From: Bacteroidales bacterium
GTDB lineage: Bacteria; Bacteroidota; Bacteroidia; Bacteroidales; VadinHA17
NCBI GenBank assembly: GCA_038325595.1
Contig: JBBQJD010000001.1
Location: 6,417-70,416 of the forward strand
Length of the DNA stretch: 64,000 nt
Direction of reading: 5' to 3'
In this document: positions 27,185-37,056 of the stretch, piece after piece
Numbering within the stretch: position 1 is the first letter of the stretch
How the letters are laid out: each line of letters starts with the position of its first letter
Position numbers and translations under genes: made by a program
Notes under the pieces: generated by a model
The model's input: the letters and a program-made list of their open reading frames with translations, nothing else
Databases searched by the model: none
Told to the model about the DNA's origin: nothing

Positions 27185-27937
27185 TCAACGTGTTGTTTTT
27201 AGCTGTTTCGCCAGGGAGTTTGCAAAAACGAAATCATTTAGTATTTCACAATCCGAGTTAAGAATTTCATCTTTGGTACCCTCCCAGCATTTTACCCCGT
27301 TACTGATAAAAACTATTTTCTCTCCGATCTCCATAACAGAATTCATATCATGTGTATTGACAATAGTGGTCATGGAATATTCATGCGTGAGTTCCTTTAT
27401 AAGGTCATCTATAAGTATGGCTGTTACAGGATCGAGGCCTGAATTAGGCTCATCACAAAACAGGTATTTTGGATTCAGTGAAATTGCTCTGGCAATTGCG
27501 ACTCTTTTTTTCATACCTCCTGAAAGTTCAGCAGGAAACAGATGATTTGAATTTAAAATATTGACCCTGTTTAAGCAGAAATTAACTCTCTCTCTCTTCT
27601 CTTCGGTACTTTTGTCGGTGAACATATCGAGCGGAAACCTGACGTTCTGCTCTACGGTCAGAGAATCAAACAGTGCACTACCCTGGAATAGCATTCCGAT
27701 TTCTTTCCTGATCTCTTTCTTTCCTGAGAAGTCAAGCTTGTTAAAAAGGACATCTTCAAACCATATTTCCCCGCTGTCAATTTCATGCAAACCAATAATG
27801 GATTTCAGCAATACTGTTTTGCCCGAACCGCTTTTACCGATGATCAGGTTTGTTTTACCTGTTTCAAAAGTGAGTGAGATGTCCTTAAGAATAGGCGTGC
27901 CATTAAACGATTTATAAAGCTGCTTAACACTGATCAT
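27185..27937 (-). CDS. mlaF: ABC transporter ATP-binding protein, MlaF-like
   Basis: 250 aa. Walker A GKSGSGKT, signature LSGGMKKR, Walker B YLFCDEP. 4-nt overlap with the permease gene. Confidence 0.75.
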   Translation of the reverse strand: MISVKQLYKSFNGTPILKDISLTFETGKTNLIIGKSGSGKTVLLKSIIGLHEIDSGEIWFEDVLFNKLDFSGKKEIRKEIGMLFQGSALFDSLTVEQNVRFPLDMFTDKSTEEKRERVNFCLNRVNILNSNHLFPAELSGGMKKRVAIARAISLNPKYLFCDEPNSGLDPVTAILIDDLIKELTHEYSMTTIVNTHDMNSVMEIGEKIVFISNGVKCWEGTKDEILNSDCEILNDFVFANSLAKQLKTTR

Positions 27938-28677
27938 GATAACAGAAGTTGAGTTAAGATTACATTGAACATCAATATCAGAACACTGCTGTAAACAACT
28001 GCTTTGGTGCTCGCCCTTCCGACTTCCAGGGATCCGCCCTCAACATAATAACCCTGGAAAGCAGAAACACTTGTTATGATAAAAGCAAAAACGACAGTTT
28101 TAATAAGTGAATAAGTGATATAATAAGGTATGAAGGCATATTGGATGCCGTAAATATAGTTTTCCGGAGTCATCACACCTGCCACCGAACCTGCCAGGCC
28201 GCCTCCGAATATCCCTATTATTATGCTCATGAGAGTCAGGAAAGGATTGAACAGAAGACTGGCTACTATTTTTGGCAGAATAAGATATGATGCTGAATTT
28301 ACACCCATTATCTCCAACGCATCAATTTGTTCAGAAACCCTCATCGTTCCAATCTCTGAAGCAATATTTGATCCTACCTTCCCAGCAAGTATAAGGGCAG
28401 CAATAGTTGAGGAAAATTCAAGTATCATTGAGTCGCGGGTCCCAAGGCCTATTAAATATTTAGGATAAATAGGGTTTTCAGTGTTATATGCTGTCTGCAG
28501 AGTAATAACTGCTCCCATGAAAAATGATATGATAGCAATAATACCTACCGATGTCAAACCAAGATTAACCAGTTCATGCATGGTTTGCTTGTAGTATATG
28601 TATGGTTTCTCAGGTTTTGAGAATACTTTTTTCATTAGCAGGAAATATCGTCCGACCTGCGTGAGAAACTTAATCAT
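27934..28677 (-). CDS. mlaE: ABC transporter permease, MlaE family
   Basis: 247 aa and polytopic. The central region (..VSEQIDALEIMGVNS..) is the conserved MlaE/Ttg2B motif. Confidence 0.75.
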   Translation of the reverse strand: MIKFLTQVGRYFLLMKKVFSKPEKPYIYYKQTMHELVNLGLTSVGIIAIISFFMGAVITLQTAYNTENPIYPKYLIGLGTRDSMILEFSSTIAALILAGKVGSNIASEIGTMRVSEQIDALEIMGVNSASYLILPKIVASLLFNPFLTLMSIIIGIFGGGLAGSVAGVMTPENYIYGIQYAFIPYYITYSLIKTVVFAFIITSVSAFQGYYVEGGSLEVGRASTKAVVYSSVLILMFNVILTQLLLS

Positions 28678-28696
28678 AGTATAATTTTCATGAACA

Positions 28697-28704
28697 CAAA
28701 TTTA
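28697..28704 (-). promoter_or_regulatory. Candidate -7 box (TAAATTTG) for mlaEF
   Basis: The minus strand matches TAnnTTTG, 19 nt upstream of the mlaE ATG. Confidence 0.4.
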
Positions 28705-28734
28705 CTAAATTTTAGGATATCTCACTCAGGTGGT

Positions 28735-28768
28735 TTTGAAAGCTAATGAGTAATAAGTTATATATTTG
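28735..28768 (+). promoter_or_regulatory. Bacteroidota-type promoter for manC (-33 TTTG / -7 TATATTTG)
   Basis: TTTG at 28735-28738, a 22-nt spacer, then TATATTTG at 28761-28768. The ATG is at 28791. Confidence 0.45.
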
Positions 28769-28790
28769 TATTTAAATTAACGAACAAGTA

Positions 28791-29876
28791 ATGAACGACA
28801 AATATGTTATAATAATGGCTGGTGGGGTAGGAAGCCGGTTTTGGCCTTTGAGCCGCCGTGAGAAGCCCAAACAGTTTCTGGATATCCTGGGAACAGGAGA
28901 AACACTCCTTCAGCAAACCTTCAGGAGATTTAAAAATGCATGTTCACAGGATAATATTTTTGTTGTAACCAGTGAAGCACATAAAGAACTGGTAATTGAC
29001 CAGTTGGGCATAGATCCTTCAAGGGTGCTTGGTGAACCGTTTCGCCGGAACACGGCACCTTGCCTTGCGTATGGAACCTTCCGGATACTGAAGGAAAATC
29101 CCAATGCCCTTATTGCGGTAACTCCTGCCGATCATCTTATTCTTAAAGAAGATAAATTTTGTGATGAGCTTCAGACATGCTTTAAGTTTGCAGCAGAAAA
29201 TGACGCTCTGGTTACTCTTGGAATAAAGCCCAACAGGCCCGAAACTGGATATGGATATATTCAGGCTGACAGAAAGAAACCTGTCAAAGGCTTCAATGAT
29301 CTTCTGAAAGTTAAAACATTTACTGAAAAGCCTGACATTGATCTTGCAAAGGTCTTTATTGAAAGTGGTGATTTCTACTGGAATTCAGGAATCTTCATAT
29401 GGAATATAAAATCAATTCTCGCGGCATTTGAGAAGCATATGCCTGATGCATACAATACCTTTGATGAAGGAAGAAGCCTGTTTGGAACAAAGCAGGAAAA
29501 AGCCTTCATCGGCAAAACATATGCAGAGTGCAGAAGCATCTCAATCGATTATGGAATAATGGAAAAGGCCGAAAATGTATTTGTTAAATGTACAGATATC
29601 GGCTGGTCGGATCTTGGCACCTGGAGTTCTCTTTATGACCATTCACCTCTGGATAAAGAAGGCAATGCAAAGGTAAGAGGCGAGGTGTTTTCATATGACA
29701 ACAGCGGAAGCATCTTTAACATTTCCCCCGGGAAAGTGGCAGTGTTGCAAGGTTTGAAAGATTATATTGTTATCGATTCCGATGATGTACTTCTTGTCGT
29801 CAAAAAAGAAGAAGAACAAAATATAAAACAATATCTCGAAGATGTAAAAAAAGCAACACATGAAAAATATCTGTAG
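28791..29876 (+). CDS. manC: Mannose-1-phosphate guanylyltransferase
   Basis: 361 aa. The N-terminus VIIMAGGVGSRFWPLSRREKPKQF is the nucleotidyltransferase signature of GDP-mannose pyrophosphorylases. Confidence 0.85.
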   Translation: MNDKYVIIMAGGVGSRFWPLSRREKPKQFLDILGTGETLLQQTFRRFKNACSQDNIFVVTSEAHKELVIDQLGIDPSRVLGEPFRRNTAPCLAYGTFRILKENPNALIAVTPADHLILKEDKFCDELQTCFKFAAENDALVTLGIKPNRPETGYGYIQADRKKPVKGFNDLLKVKTFTEKPDIDLAKVFIESGDFYWNSGIFIWNIKSILAAFEKHMPDAYNTFDEGRSLFGTKQEKAFIGKTYAECRSISIDYGIMEKAENVFVKCTDIGWSDLGTWSSLYDHSPLDKEGNAKVRGEVFSYDNSGSIFNISPGKVAVLQGLKDYIVIDSDDVLLVVKKEEEQNIKQYLEDVKKATHEKYL

Positions 29877-29918
29877 GTAAAGAGTCAGTTTGAAGATTAT
29901 ACCAGAACCCATATACAA

Positions 29919-29960
29919 AAGAAGCTGCCCATCCGGACAGCTTCTTTCTTGTTTTTATTT
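29919..29960. terminator. Bidirectional rho-independent terminator between convergent manC and gldN
   Basis: 9-bp stem aagaagctg (29919-29927) / cagcttctt (29938-29946) with a 10-nt loop. A T-rich tract (tcttgtttttattt) lies downstream on the plus strand and an A-rich tract lies upstream. Confidence 0.7.
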
Positions 29961-29970
29961 CCTTAATAAA

Positions 29971-30798
29971 CTAGTATTCCCACAAATCGTGTTCAAAGTT
30001 GAATAATTCAGTTTTAATGCGTTCCGATTCAAAAAGAGTATACTTTCCAAGCTGGTAATCAGCTATCATCCTGTCGTTGTAAACATTTGATTCACCTGCG
30101 ATTACGCTTCCAAATCTCCTTTGCATGAAAAGATCATCAAATGAAATTCTCTGGGCATCGTTATTTGTCGTATAGACTTCCTGTTTTGCAAGAGCATCGC
30201 GGGCTTCATCATATTTAATCCAGAAGAGCGGTTTTTTTAGAATTCTGCCGGCCTGTTCATCGAATGCCATGTAGAATGGCTGGATAGCAATTATTCTTAC
30301 ATCAAGCTTTCCCAGCTTTTTATCAAAATACCATTCTTCATAAACAAGAAGCTGTTTTACTTCCTCAGGTTTTGCATCCTGTTTTATCAGTGTATCGCGT
30401 GTTGCACCGGCAGCATTGATGGTTATTGATTCTGTTCTTTCAATAGCACCCATTTTGCTTTCTATATCAGTATATGTTGTGCTGAGATTCGTATTAAGCG
30501 GATCGTAAGCTGTGAGCCTTTCTGCCTTAATCTCTTCAAGAAGTATATTAATGAAGTTCTTCCTTCCGTCGAGAGTTGTCTGGGTCGGAAAGTACAGGGG
30601 CTGGTTTATCTTTTCTCTCAGATCTATCAGTCGGTAAACTCTTTTCGACCATACAACATCCGCTTCCCTGAGATATGGGAAATCGATCTTCTTCGCGTCC
30701 GGAATTGACTTCTGGTAAATATCACCAAAGCTCTGTTGTGCATTTATAATGCAGGAAATTGAGATTGCGATAGCTCCTAGAATTAATTTCTTATACAT
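29971..30798 (-). CDS. gldN: Gliding motility / T9SS protein GldN (PorN)
   Basis: 275 aa with a signal peptide. The motif [29 protein letters not shown] is characteristic of GldN. It is the last gene of the gldKLMN block. Confidence 0.85.
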   Translation of the reverse strand: MYKKLILGAIAISISCIINAQQSFGDIYQKSIPDAKKIDFPYLREADVVWSKRVYRLIDLREKINQPLYFPTQTTLDGRKNFINILLEEIKAERLTAYDPLNTNLSTTYTDIESKMGAIERTESITINAAGATRDTLIKQDAKPEEVKQLLVYEEWYFDKKLGKLDVRIIAIQPFYMAFDEQAGRILKKPLFWIKYDEARDALAKQEVYTTNNDAQRISFDDLFMQRRFGSVIAGESNVYNDRMIADYQLGKYTLFESERIKTELFNFEHDLWEY

Positions 30799-30822
30799 GA
30801 TGGTGTATTTTATTTTATTTTA

Positions 30823-32418
30823 TTAATCTATCTTTAAGATTACAGGGCTTAGTTCTTTCACTTTGCCGTCAGGCCCAAGAGCTTTTATGTCTTTAATGAT
30901 CAGGTTCTTACCCCTTGTAAGTCTTCCGATAAGCTCTTTTTGCTTGGATGTCAGGTTGCTGTTTGTACTGGTCTCTTCGAAATCACCTCTGTTATCGGAA
31001 TAAAGTACTGTGAATCCTGTAACAGTATAATTCAGGTCAAAATCGAAATCAGGAAGAACTGCATAAACACCCTGCTGAGCTGCTGCTGTAGCACGTTGTA
31101 CGCTACCTGTGCTTTTCTGAGCAAATACCGCAACTGGTGGAGGAATAGGCTTAACCCTGAATTCATAAGGAGCAAACTGCATTGGTTTACCGCTCATATC
31201 GGCGGTTACAATTACCTGTACATTCTGACCTACTGCATTTGGTTTAACAGCCCAGCTGCCTTTGAAACTTTCACCTTTTGAATTTTTTACCTTTTCAGTT
31301 GTGAAAACTCCGTTCACAACACGTATTTTAATCTTATCGGGACTTATTCCGGGTACTGATACATCAATGGGATTAGGTATCCCCATGTACATAACATTCA
31401 TCGCCGTAGGAGAAACAATAACATTTGGTTCGCCGACAGCATATGATGCATCGAATGGATAATTAATAGTAGATCCATCGGGAGCTTTAAGAGCTATAAC
31501 CCCGCCCCATTTTTTTGGTCCTGTTGAGGAGGCTCTTACCTTATATATACCTTTTCCGGTTTCATCAAGGAGAAGTTCCTGATTTCCAACCTGGATATGA
31601 GGATGTTGAGTTGTGTCTGTTGCTGAAATAAAGACCCTGGCTTCATAATCACTTCCAAGGGTTACATAGTTGGAGTTTGGGATAACGATTGCTGTAAGCT
31701 TATTGAATTTGAATGAGGAAGCGTCGATCTGTGAATAAAGGAAATTCAGTACTTCTGTTTCGGCATTTCTTACATCCACCTGCATTTTTGACATTATTGT
31801 GATAACGGCCACAAGGGGCAGAGCCTGAAAATTAAGGTTCTCCCAGCGTTCTTTTTCACCTGATTTGTTTTTGCCGTCGTCTGTGTTCAGTGATTTCCGT
31901 AAGGCTTCCTCCGCTGTAGGGTTTTTGCCTTCCAGAGTTGTTATGAGGAATTCACGAAATTCATTAATAACAGCTTTAAGGTCATTTGCTTTTCCATTCT
32001 CGTTTGCCCCGATCAGGATCTCAGACGGAACATTATTATCATCTATTTTCTTAACTTCCTCAATAATAACTTCATTGCCTTTTACTGCAGGTGTTTCCGG
32101 ACCTTCAGCAGTAGTTATGATTTCAATCTTAAGGTCTTGTATGAAGTTGAATGCCTCGTCTGCACGTTCTTTAATCTGGAATGCAGAAGACCTGTATTTA
32201 CCTGCTTTAGCCGGGTTTTCAGCTGCTGCCCTGTCGAATTCTTTATAAATAAGGTCATTTTTCTGAGCGTAATTTGCTATAGTAAGTGTAAGTCCTTTAT
32301 CAACTTTTTTAAATGCTTCAACGGCTTCTTTTGATACGTTAAGTGCAAGCATGGCGGTTAACACCAAGTACATCATACCGATCATCTTTTGCCGTGGAGA
32401 TAGCCTTTCGTGAGCCAT
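30823..32418 (-). CDS. gldM: Gliding motility / T9SS protein GldM (PorM)
   Basis: 531 aa. N-terminus LSPRQKMIGMMYLVLTAMLALNVSKE is the conserved GldM TM region. Confidence 0.9.
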   Translation of the reverse strand: MAHERLSPRQKMIGMMYLVLTAMLALNVSKEAVEAFKKVDKGLTLTIANYAQKNDLIYKEFDRAAAENPAKAGKYRSSAFQIKERADEAFNFIQDLKIEIITTAEGPETPAVKGNEVIIEEVKKIDDNNVPSEILIGANENGKANDLKAVINEFREFLITTLEGKNPTAEEALRKSLNTDDGKNKSGEKERWENLNFQALPLVAVITIMSKMQVDVRNAETEVLNFLYSQIDASSFKFNKLTAIVIPNSNYVTLGSDYEARVFISATDTTQHPHIQVGNQELLLDETGKGIYKVRASSTGPKKWGGVIALKAPDGSTINYPFDASYAVGEPNVIVSPTAMNVMYMGIPNPIDVSVPGISPDKIKIRVVNGVFTTEKVKNSKGESFKGSWAVKPNAVGQNVQVIVTADMSGKPMQFAPYEFRVKPIPPPVAVFAQKSTGSVQRATAAAQQGVYAVLPDFDFDLNYTVTGFTVLYSDNRGDFEETSTNSNLTSKQKELIGRLTRGKNLIIKDIKALGPDGKVKELSPVILKID

Positions 32419-32455
32419 TTTGTAGTTAGTTTAGTTAAAGATAAAAAATGCCACG

Positions 32456-33334
32456 TTATTTAACATTCATCGCTGAAAGCATGTTTCCATAAACATTATT
32501 CAATGCTGACAGGTTGACGTTGAGAATTGATATCTGTTCGCGGTATTTTTTAGTATCTCCGGCTGACTCCGAAAGGTCTTTCATAATACCCTGAATGCCT
32601 TTGTAAAGGGTATCGGATTCTTTTAAGTGATCGTTTGCACCTTTTCTCTGAAGTTCGTAAACTGCATTAAGGGCAGAAAGATTTTTATTGAGTGATTCAA
32701 GTTGCTGCTGGTATGATTTTCCACCTACTTCTATGACTGCCAGTGAGTCAGCCATGTTTTTGTATGTGGAACCTGTTTCATTTATTATTTTTGAAGTTGA
32801 CTGATATGAATCAGATAATTTCCCAAGGGAGTCATTAGCCGTGTTGATGGTATTCATATACTTTGAAGAAGCTGCGCTTACATCACCCATCGCATTCATG
32901 TTTGCAGTACTATCACTGAGTTTTTTCATGCCAACTCCAAGTTTCTGGAAGAGATCAGGTGTTATCTCGGCTTTTTCCAGCATCTCATCGAATTTTGCGA
33001 GTGCTACTGAACCAACTCCACCACCAATACCTCCTGCAATTGCACCATGGTATTTGCCGCCATGGGCAGCAACCTCCGGTGATTCGTCTTCCGGAATTCC
33101 TGCAAGTTCGGGATATACCAGTGACCAGTCAATTTCTTCGTGAAGCGGTTCGAATGCTGAGAAAAAGAAAATTACAGCTTCGGTAAGAAGACCGATTGTA
33201 AGCATGGTTCCGGCAGCTGGCCAGTGCTGTATTTTGAATAATGCACCGATGATTACGACTGAAGCACCTAAACCATAAAGTTTAGAGATGAAGTTTTTCC
33301 ACCCGCTGCTTTGTACTAATTCTGCTAGGCTCAT
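32456..33334 (-). CDS. gldL: Gliding motility / T9SS motor protein GldL (PorL)
   Basis: 292 aa. Two N-terminal TM helices with the conserved LYGLGASVVIIGALFKIQHW and GLLTEAVIFFFSAFEP. Confidence 0.9.
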   Translation of the reverse strand: MSLAELVQSSGWKNFISKLYGLGASVVIIGALFKIQHWPAAGTMLTIGLLTEAVIFFFSAFEPLHEEIDWSLVYPELAGIPEDESPEVAAHGGKYHGAIAGGIGGGVGSVALAKFDEMLEKAEITPDLFQKLGVGMKKLSDSTANMNAMGDVSAASSKYMNTINTANDSLGKLSDSYQSTSKIINETGSTYKNMADSLAVIEVGGKSYQQQLESLNKNLSALNAVYELQRKGANDHLKESDTLYKGIQGIMKDLSESAGDTKKYREQISILNVNLSALNNVYGNMLSAMNVK

Positions 33335-33368
33335 ATACCTGATTATTTTAGGGGTTATTTCAATTATT

Positions 33369-34712
33369 TTAATTCACGCCAATATAAGATCTTACGTTAC
33401 GAAATCCAACATATGGCTTTGTTGAATCCTGGTATTCATAGTCTCTGGAACTTGTCTGTAGAAAATAAGCTATGTCTTTCCAGGAGCCGCCACGGATAAC
33501 CTTCCTTTTCATAACAGGAGGATCCTGAGGAGTGGCATTGTATTCATAATTTGGCTGAAGATCGTGCTGGAAAATATATGCTGACGGATGATATGCACAA
33601 CAGGTCCACTCGGCAACATTACCCGACATATCATACAAACCATATTCATTTGGCTCATACGATCCGGCCTTTCCAGCATATACGTTGCCATCATCTATAT
33701 AGTTGCCGCGCAGTGGTTTGAAATTAGCCAGAAAACAACCTGAGTAGTTGCGTGTATACGGTCCTCCCCATGGGTACATTGAAAGATCAAGTCCTCCTCT
33801 TGCAGCATATTCCCATTCTGTCTCAAGCGGTAATCTGTAATTCTGAACATCAGGGATTCCGTTCTTTCTCAGGGCTGAGTTCATATAGTCCGTTCTCCAG
33901 ATGCTGAATGCTGTTGCCTGAACCCATGATACTCCTACAACAGGATAGTTATCGAATGATGGATGCCAGAAATACAACGATGCCTGGGGATCATTGAACG
34001 AATAGGTAAAATCCCTTATCCAGCAAAGGGTGTCAGGATAAATATTAATTACATTGTGCTTTATAAACGATGAACGGTCCTTTACATCGGTGCGGCTTCC
34101 GTCAAGGTTTGTTACCTGTCCCTGGTACTGACCGGTATTATTGGCATAATCATAATTATACCTGGCTTTTGCAGCCTGCTGATAGTCAACCCAGAAATAT
34201 GAATAGTTTAATTTTCTTACATCAACCTGTTTTTTACCATTAAACCTTTCTTCCGGTGGATAAAGCATTTCTTCGTAAGTCGAAGCAGTGGTTTCTTCCT
34301 CGGGATCGATTTTTTCTTCCCAGTTTATTACGTTGGGTTCAATGACATTACCATCGTCGTCAGCCATGAAATATTCCCTGTCTGCAATACCTGCCTCGCC
34401 CAGTTTGGTTCTGAAAATGGAATCACGTACGTAAAAAACAAACTGACGGTATTTATTATTGGTGATTTCTGTCTGGTCCATCCAGAAAGCCTCAACTGTA
34501 ACAGATTTGGAGATGCTGTTCATCGCAAATACTGCATCCTGGTCGCTCGGTCCCATCATAAAGTTACCGGCGGGTATAAAGGCCATTTCAAAAGGTTCAG
34601 GTTCAAAGAATTTTTGGCGGTCCGGCACACCGGTTAATTCTCCATTATTTGAAGAACCACAACCAGTTAACAGGATCATTAATATCAGGGCAGATAGTGC
34701 TACCTTTTTCAT
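33369..34712 (-). CDS. gldK: Gliding motility / T9SS lipoprotein GldK (PorK), FGE-sulfatase fold
   Basis: 447 aa. Lipobox LLTGC. SUMF1/FGE-type motifs (..RLPLETEWEYAARGG.., ..YGLYDMSGNVAEW.., ..VIRGGSW..). Confidence 0.9.
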   Translation of the reverse strand: MKKVALSALILMILLTGCGSSNNGELTGVPDRQKFFEPEPFEMAFIPAGNFMMGPSDQDAVFAMNSISKSVTVEAFWMDQTEITNNKYRQFVFYVRDSIFRTKLGEAGIADREYFMADDDGNVIEPNVINWEEKIDPEEETTASTYEEMLYPPEERFNGKKQVDVRKLNYSYFWVDYQQAAKARYNYDYANNTGQYQGQVTNLDGSRTDVKDRSSFIKHNVINIYPDTLCWIRDFTYSFNDPQASLYFWHPSFDNYPVVGVSWVQATAFSIWRTDYMNSALRKNGIPDVQNYRLPLETEWEYAARGGLDLSMYPWGGPYTRNYSGCFLANFKPLRGNYIDDGNVYAGKAGSYEPNEYGLYDMSGNVAEWTCCAYHPSAYIFQHDLQPNYEYNATPQDPPVMKRKVIRGGSWKDIAYFLQTSSRDYEYQDSTKPYVGFRNVRSYIGVN

Positions 34713-34759
34713 ATACTTTGAATTTTATAATTGCAAGTAAGTTATTTTTTTTAATAAAT

Positions 34760-35704
34760 CTACAAAAATCTGATACTTTTATATTTCATAGGGCTTTTCC
34801 CCGTTGAAAGATCGAAGCAATAATTCACCATAAACTCATGTGACCCGCTGCTGTTTTTCCTTATATCGGAAATTGTAAAATCATAGGCATAGCCAATTCT
34901 TATACCATTGAATAATTCAAAGCCAATCATTCCGATCAAGGCATCTCCAGCTCTATATGAAACGCCTCCCCATGTTTTTTTATTGTATCTTACTAAAGAA
35001 GTTACCGAAAATTGAACAACTTTTCCATCACTGTAGGCAAAAGCAGATGGTAACAGTTCAAGGGAAGGATTTGGCAACTGCAAGGTATAACCCACTGTCG
35101 CATAATAATGCCTGCTGACATAAGTTAACCCTTTTGAAAACTTGATTTTGGGCTGATTGACATGTGTTACTGAAAGTGCAGCATAATATTTTTCAGCCTT
35201 ATAGTATAAACCGGCACCCGCGTCAAAAGCTACATAGCTTTCTTTAGATTCCGGAATCAAAGGATCACCTGAAGCAGGTGTATGAGCATCTCCCGAAGGT
35301 ATTTCCCAGGCAGGTGAAAGTGACTTGTTCAGCATGCCGAGATTTACTCCGATACCTAAGACTCCCTGCCCGACATCCATCAGGTAGGAGTATATTCCAC
35401 TCAGATTTATATCCTTGTCAAATCCTATATTGTCGCTCTCAACCAATAATCCCACACCACTTTTAATTCTGAAAGGTGCAATAGCAGCACTTATGTTAAA
35501 AATTGTTGTGGAAGGAGCGCCTTCAAAACCAACCCATTGCTGACGGTTGATGGCCGTTGCACATATCATTCCTGATGTCCCTGCCACTCCCGGATTATAA
35601 GTGAGAGTGTTGAACATATAATGGCTGGTCAGCGGGTCTTGCTGTGATAAGGCCGGATATAAGGTCAAAGCAAAAAAAAGAAATGTTATACTTAGTCGTT
35701 TCAT
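34760..35704 (-). CDS. porP: T9SS membrane protein, PorP/SprF family
   Basis: 314 aa. Signal peptide followed by QQDPLTSHYMFNTLTYNPGVAG, the PorP/SprF signature. It sits immediately upstream of gldK, as in porP-porKLMN operons. Confidence 0.8.
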   Translation of the reverse strand: MKRLSITFLFFALTLYPALSQQDPLTSHYMFNTLTYNPGVAGTSGMICATAINRQQWVGFEGAPSTTIFNISAAIAPFRIKSGVGLLVESDNIGFDKDINLSGIYSYLMDVGQGVLGIGVNLGMLNKSLSPAWEIPSGDAHTPASGDPLIPESKESYVAFDAGAGLYYKAEKYYAALSVTHVNQPKIKFSKGLTYVSRHYYATVGYTLQLPNPSLELLPSAFAYSDGKVVQFSVTSLVRYNKKTWGGVSYRAGDALIGMIGFELFNGIRIGYAYDFTISDIRKNSSGSHEFMVNYCFDLSTGKSPMKYKSIRFL

Positions 35705-35769
35705 TTCTTCATTTGTAGGTGCTATGAATGAATTGAACTGGTAAAATAAATAAAAATATGATTCGTGAG

Positions 35770-35777
35770 CAAATTTA
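35770..35777 (-). promoter_or_regulatory. Candidate -7 box (TAAATTTG) for the porP-gldKLMN operon
   Basis: The minus strand matches TAnnTTTG, 66 nt upstream of the porP ATG. No clean -33 box. Confidence 0.3.
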
Positions 35778-35883
35778 GATCAAATATTTATATAATCCTT
35801 TCCCTTTAGTTACATAATAATTACATAATCATTCACCAGAAATTTCCTGCAATAATTAAGCCATTATATAAAATTTTACTGAT

Positions 35884-37047
35884 TTATTTTATTCTTTCAA
35901 CAGACCTGAGCCATCTGTCCGGCACCTCATTACGGTTAGCCTTCAGATAGTCTTCATGTGAACAGGCGACATAGATATTCTGATCCTTTTCCAGGGTCAG
36001 CTCAAACCACCACCGGTCGGTCAGGTTGCTCTTGACGAATATCATATCATCGGCGAGATCGGTTACTCTTACATGATATTTTGTGAATCTTCCTGAGTCA
36101 CCTGTACTTACTGAAGGTGTCTCGTACTGTTTCTGTGAAAATCCTTCAAGGAAAAACCAAATGATCTGGGCAGCAAGACCTGAGGTCTGATGCCTGTTAT
36201 CCAAATCGGTATTGACATCGAATAATCCGAAAATCCTGAGCTTATCCGAAATGCCTGCATATCTTGAAAGAAGACAGATCTCCTCACCATAAAATCCGTT
36301 CGGAGAAGGCATGTATGTACCCGGTGCATCGGACTGCCTGACTGAAGATATATCGAATATTGCCACATCTGAATCACGCAACAGAGGTTCGGTTAAATAT
36401 ATTGCCTGCCTTACATCGCCGATCCTGACCAGTTCCGAACCTCTTTTGAGAAAACGGTTTATAACCTGCTGGTCGTTGAGGTAAGTCTGATAGCCTATAT
36501 TAATATAGTGATTGAAAGTGCTGTTGTGACTGCTAATGATAGTGTTCAGATAATTGTATGATCCGGGTACTGACTTCTCGGTTATATAATCAATCCTTGG
36601 ATCGACAGCTGCAAGGGTATACCTTATTTTATTCCTCGACAGAGCTTTGTCAATGGCCAATGTAAGTGAACTGTTGCCGCCGATTAATACAGGAAAAATG
36701 TTTTCGCTTGTAAGCAGTGTCAGAACATCCGCAAGACCCGCAACCGTATCATTGAATGTCGTTCCCTTCTTTAGATTGCCGAGATCAATTATTTTAGATT
36801 TTCCCGGAATTCTGGCCAGTTTGTACAACTGACTTCTTATAATATCGGGTGCATTGGCTGATCCCTGATGAGGTGAATTCCTTCCTTCCGGAACACCTAA
36901 AATTGCAATGCGGTATTTGTTTATGTCCTTAACCGGCTTATTGTCAGTATGTACTACAATATTATGAGGAAACCCTGCCTGTCCGATATGTTCAAATTCG
37001 GGACCTTCAATGCTTACAGGATCTAAATAATCAATAAGGTTTACCAT
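35884..37047 (-). CDS. Arginase/formiminoglutamase-fold protein with substituted metal ligands
   Basis: 387 aa. It aligns in register with arginase motifs: GGNSS(x20)VDPRID versus GGDHS(x20)VDAHTD, and FDISSVRQSDAPG versus FDVDGLDPSFTPATG. Confidence 0.7.
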   Translation of the reverse strand: MVNLIDYLDPVSIEGPEFEHIGQAGFPHNIVVHTDNKPVKDINKYRIAILGVPEGRNSPHQGSANAPDIIRSQLYKLARIPGKSKIIDLGNLKKGTTFNDTVAGLADVLTLLTSENIFPVLIGGNSSLTLAIDKALSRNKIRYTLAAVDPRIDYITEKSVPGSYNYLNTIISSHNSTFNHYINIGYQTYLNDQQVINRFLKRGSELVRIGDVRQAIYLTEPLLRDSDVAIFDISSVRQSDAPGTYMPSPNGFYGEEICLLSRYAGISDKLRIFGLFDVNTDLDNRHQTSGLAAQIIWFFLEGFSQKQYETPSVSTGDSGRFTKYHVRVTDLADDMIFVKSNLTDRWWFELTLEKDQNIYVACSHEDYLKANRNEVPDRWLRSVERIK

Positions 37048-37056
37048 TATTATATA

